The position numbers and the translations under genes were made by a program. From a virus (Duplodnaviria; Caudoviricetes), in the IMG/VR virus record IMGVR_UViG_3300043252_000005, positions 1,101 through 65,100 of that record: DNA of 64,000 nt; one strand, given 5' to 3'. This document shows positions 62,577-64,000 of the stretch, one piece after another. The notes under the pieces were generated by a model that was not told the origin of the DNA, did not search any database, and saw only the letters and a program-made list of their open reading frames with translations. Positions within the stretch are counted from its first letter, which is position 1. Every line of letters starts with the position of its first letter.

Positions 62577-64000
62577 ATGAAGAACCTTCTCGCCCCTCTC
62601 TTTCTTGTCGCGGCGCTGCTCGCCTCGCACGCATGGGGCGCGGTGCCGAACGCCGTCAATGGGCCGACGACGACGACGATCGGGCACTGCGCGCAGTTCG
62701 CCAACACGACGGGCAACCAGCTACAGGACGCAGCGTGCGCCGGCGCCGGGGTCACGACGTTCAATGGCCGTGCCGGCACCGTTGTGCCAACGAGTGGCGA
62801 CTATACTGTGGGCCAGGTAACCGGAGCGGCGCCGAGCGCTTCTCCGGCTTTCACCGGCACCGTAACAGGGCCTGTCGGCACGTGGACGGCCGGCGGCCTC
62901 AGCGGTGTGGCCATCGCTGGCTCGACTGGCTCGTTCTCGTCCGTCATGGACACAGCGTTCAGCGCGGCCGGGCTCGTGCTCAATAATTCGAGCGGCCTCT
63001 TCAGCACGCTTCCGGTCGTGAACGGCGATTGCGTCGTCGGCACGGCTGGACAGTGGGCCGCCGGCGCGTGCAGCAGCGGCGGCACGGTCAGCCTCACTGC
63101 CGGCAACACCGGGATCGTTCTGTCGCCTTCGACGATCACCGGGACCGGCACTATTTCGATCGGCGCGCCGACGCTTACGACGATGGGCGGCATCGAGGCG
63201 GTAAACGCCGTCTCGCATAAGTGGATCAACGCCATTTCGACCGGCGGCGTCCCGCTCCTGACACAGCCGGCCTGCGCCGATCTCTCGACCGCGGCGGCGA
63301 GCTGCTCGACGGACACGACGAACGCTAACAACATCACGAGCGGCGCGTTGGCCGTGGCGAACGGGGGCACGGGCGCCACGGCGGCTGGCGCCACGGCGGC
63401 CAACAACATCGGGGCATTGGCCGAAGGCAGCAACCTTTCGGATCTCTCGAGCGCCGCGACCGCGCGCACGAACCTCGGCTTGGGCGCGCTGGCTACGCAG
63501 AGCGCCGTGACGCTGGGACAGCTTCCGAGTCTTCCAGCATATGACACGTATTGCAACGACACATCATCGACTGCATCCCCGGTAAGCTGTATTCGGGGTG
63601 TTCTGCATTCCCTTGATCCTATCTTCGGCGCTCTCGGAAACGGTTCGACCGACGACACGACAAGCCTGCAATCGTGGCTCACGGCCTGCCAGACATCGGG
63701 CTTGATCTGTTTCGTCGATGCGCCGTCATCCTGCTACAAGACGACGGCAGCGCTTTCGATCACGAACGGCGTCATCATCGACGGTGCCGGGCGCAGCACA
63801 TCGATCATTTGCCCGTCTGTCGCGACGCAGGACACGATCGACATCAATACGAATGCGCCTGTCATCCTGCGGAATTTCGGTATCACGACGACGCCGACTG
63901 CGACCGCCGGGCAGTGCATCAACGTCACGGGGCCGGGCGCCAATTCGCGATCGGTGCTGTACGACCTGACGCTTTCGGGTTGCTGGGTCGGTGTGAATTC
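62577..64000 (+). CDS. Tail spike/fibre with signal peptide, 3' truncated by window
   Basis: Not in ORF track (no stop); MKNLLAPLFLVAALLASHAWG|A; NLSDLSSAATARTNLGLG; FGALGNGSTDDTTSLQ. Confidence 0.8.
   Translation, partial: MKNLLAPLFLVAALLASHAWGAVPNAVNGPTTTTIGHCAQFANTTGNQLQDAACAGAGVTTFNGRAGTVVPTSGDYTVGQVTGAAPSASPAFTGTVTGPVGTWTAGGLSGVAIAGSTGSFSSVMDTAFSAAGLVLNNSSGLFSTLPVVNGDCVVGTAGQWAAGACSSGGTVSLTAGNTGIVLSPSTITGTGTISIGAPTLTTMGGIEAVNAVSHKWINAISTGGVPLLTQPACADLSTAAASCSTDTTNANNITSGALAVANGGTGATAAGATAANNIGALAEGSNLSDLSSAATARTNLGLGALATQSAVTLGQLPSLPAYDTYCNDTSSTASPVSCIRGVLHSLDPIFGALGNGSTDDTTSLQSWLTACQTSGLICFVDAPSSCYKTTAALSITNGVIIDGAGRSTSIICPSVATQDTIDINTNAPVILRNFGITTTPTATAGQCINVTGPGANSRSVLYDLTLSGCWVGVN

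Larger units (their letters stand above)
1..64000. mobile_element. Podovirus-type tailed phage genome (near complete, permuted relative to window; no host genes seen)
   Basis: Terminase, T7-type portal, capsid, adaptor, nozzle, ejection, lysis, RecT and DnaB genes in coherent operons; no housekeeping genes. Confidence 0.95.

Noticed and set aside
40441-64000. Diversity-generating retroelement as in BPP-1
   Set aside because: No reverse transcriptase and no TR/VR pair differing only at adenines; fibre repeats differ at all base types
1-64000. CRISPR array, tRNA or rRNA genes
   Set aside because: No regularly spaced repeat-spacer series or cloverleaf seen by eye; tRNAscan-SE not run

Overview
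The whole window (visually ~60-65% GC) is phage DNA: most of a short-tailed (podovirus-type) dsDNA phage genome in BPP-1/Bcep22-like gene order, probably infecting an alphaproteobacterium (inferred from a GapR-like gene and the XRE type). Left to right: C-terminal part of a beta-helix spike gene, lysis cassette (1.2-3.5 kb), leftward recombination arm (Rad50/SbcC-like ATPase, RecT, DnaQ-like exonuclease, Cas4-like nuclease; 3.5-11 kb), rightward replication arm (XRE, GapR fusion, RuvC-like, two DNA methyltransferases, DnaB, DUF1376-type initiator with iterons; 11-19.6 kb), divergent accessory region (19.6-26 kb), terminase, portal, scaffold, capsid and accessory virion genes (26-43 kb), tail and ejection module (43-59 kb), and fibre/spike genes running off the right end. 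No integrase, partition system, tRNA, CRISPR array or reverse transcriptase was recognised. Most striking observations: (1) at least seven fibre/spike/virion-accessory genes encode Sec-type signal peptides, and the large ones share paired-Cys modules, suggesting a periplasmic disulfide-dependent branch of fibre assembly; (2) four tandem paralogues of the T7 gp11-like tail adaptor; (3) a 99-codon gene with its own Shine-Dalgarno nested in the +1 frame of the large ejection protein; (4) a GNAT, 2OG-Fe(II) hydroxylase and cupin trio between nozzle and ejection genes; (5) a GapR / RMF-like / AT-hook fusion. Family assignments come from motifs recognised by eye, not database searches. Many small genes were translated by hand and are supported by ATGA/TAATG stop-start coupling.
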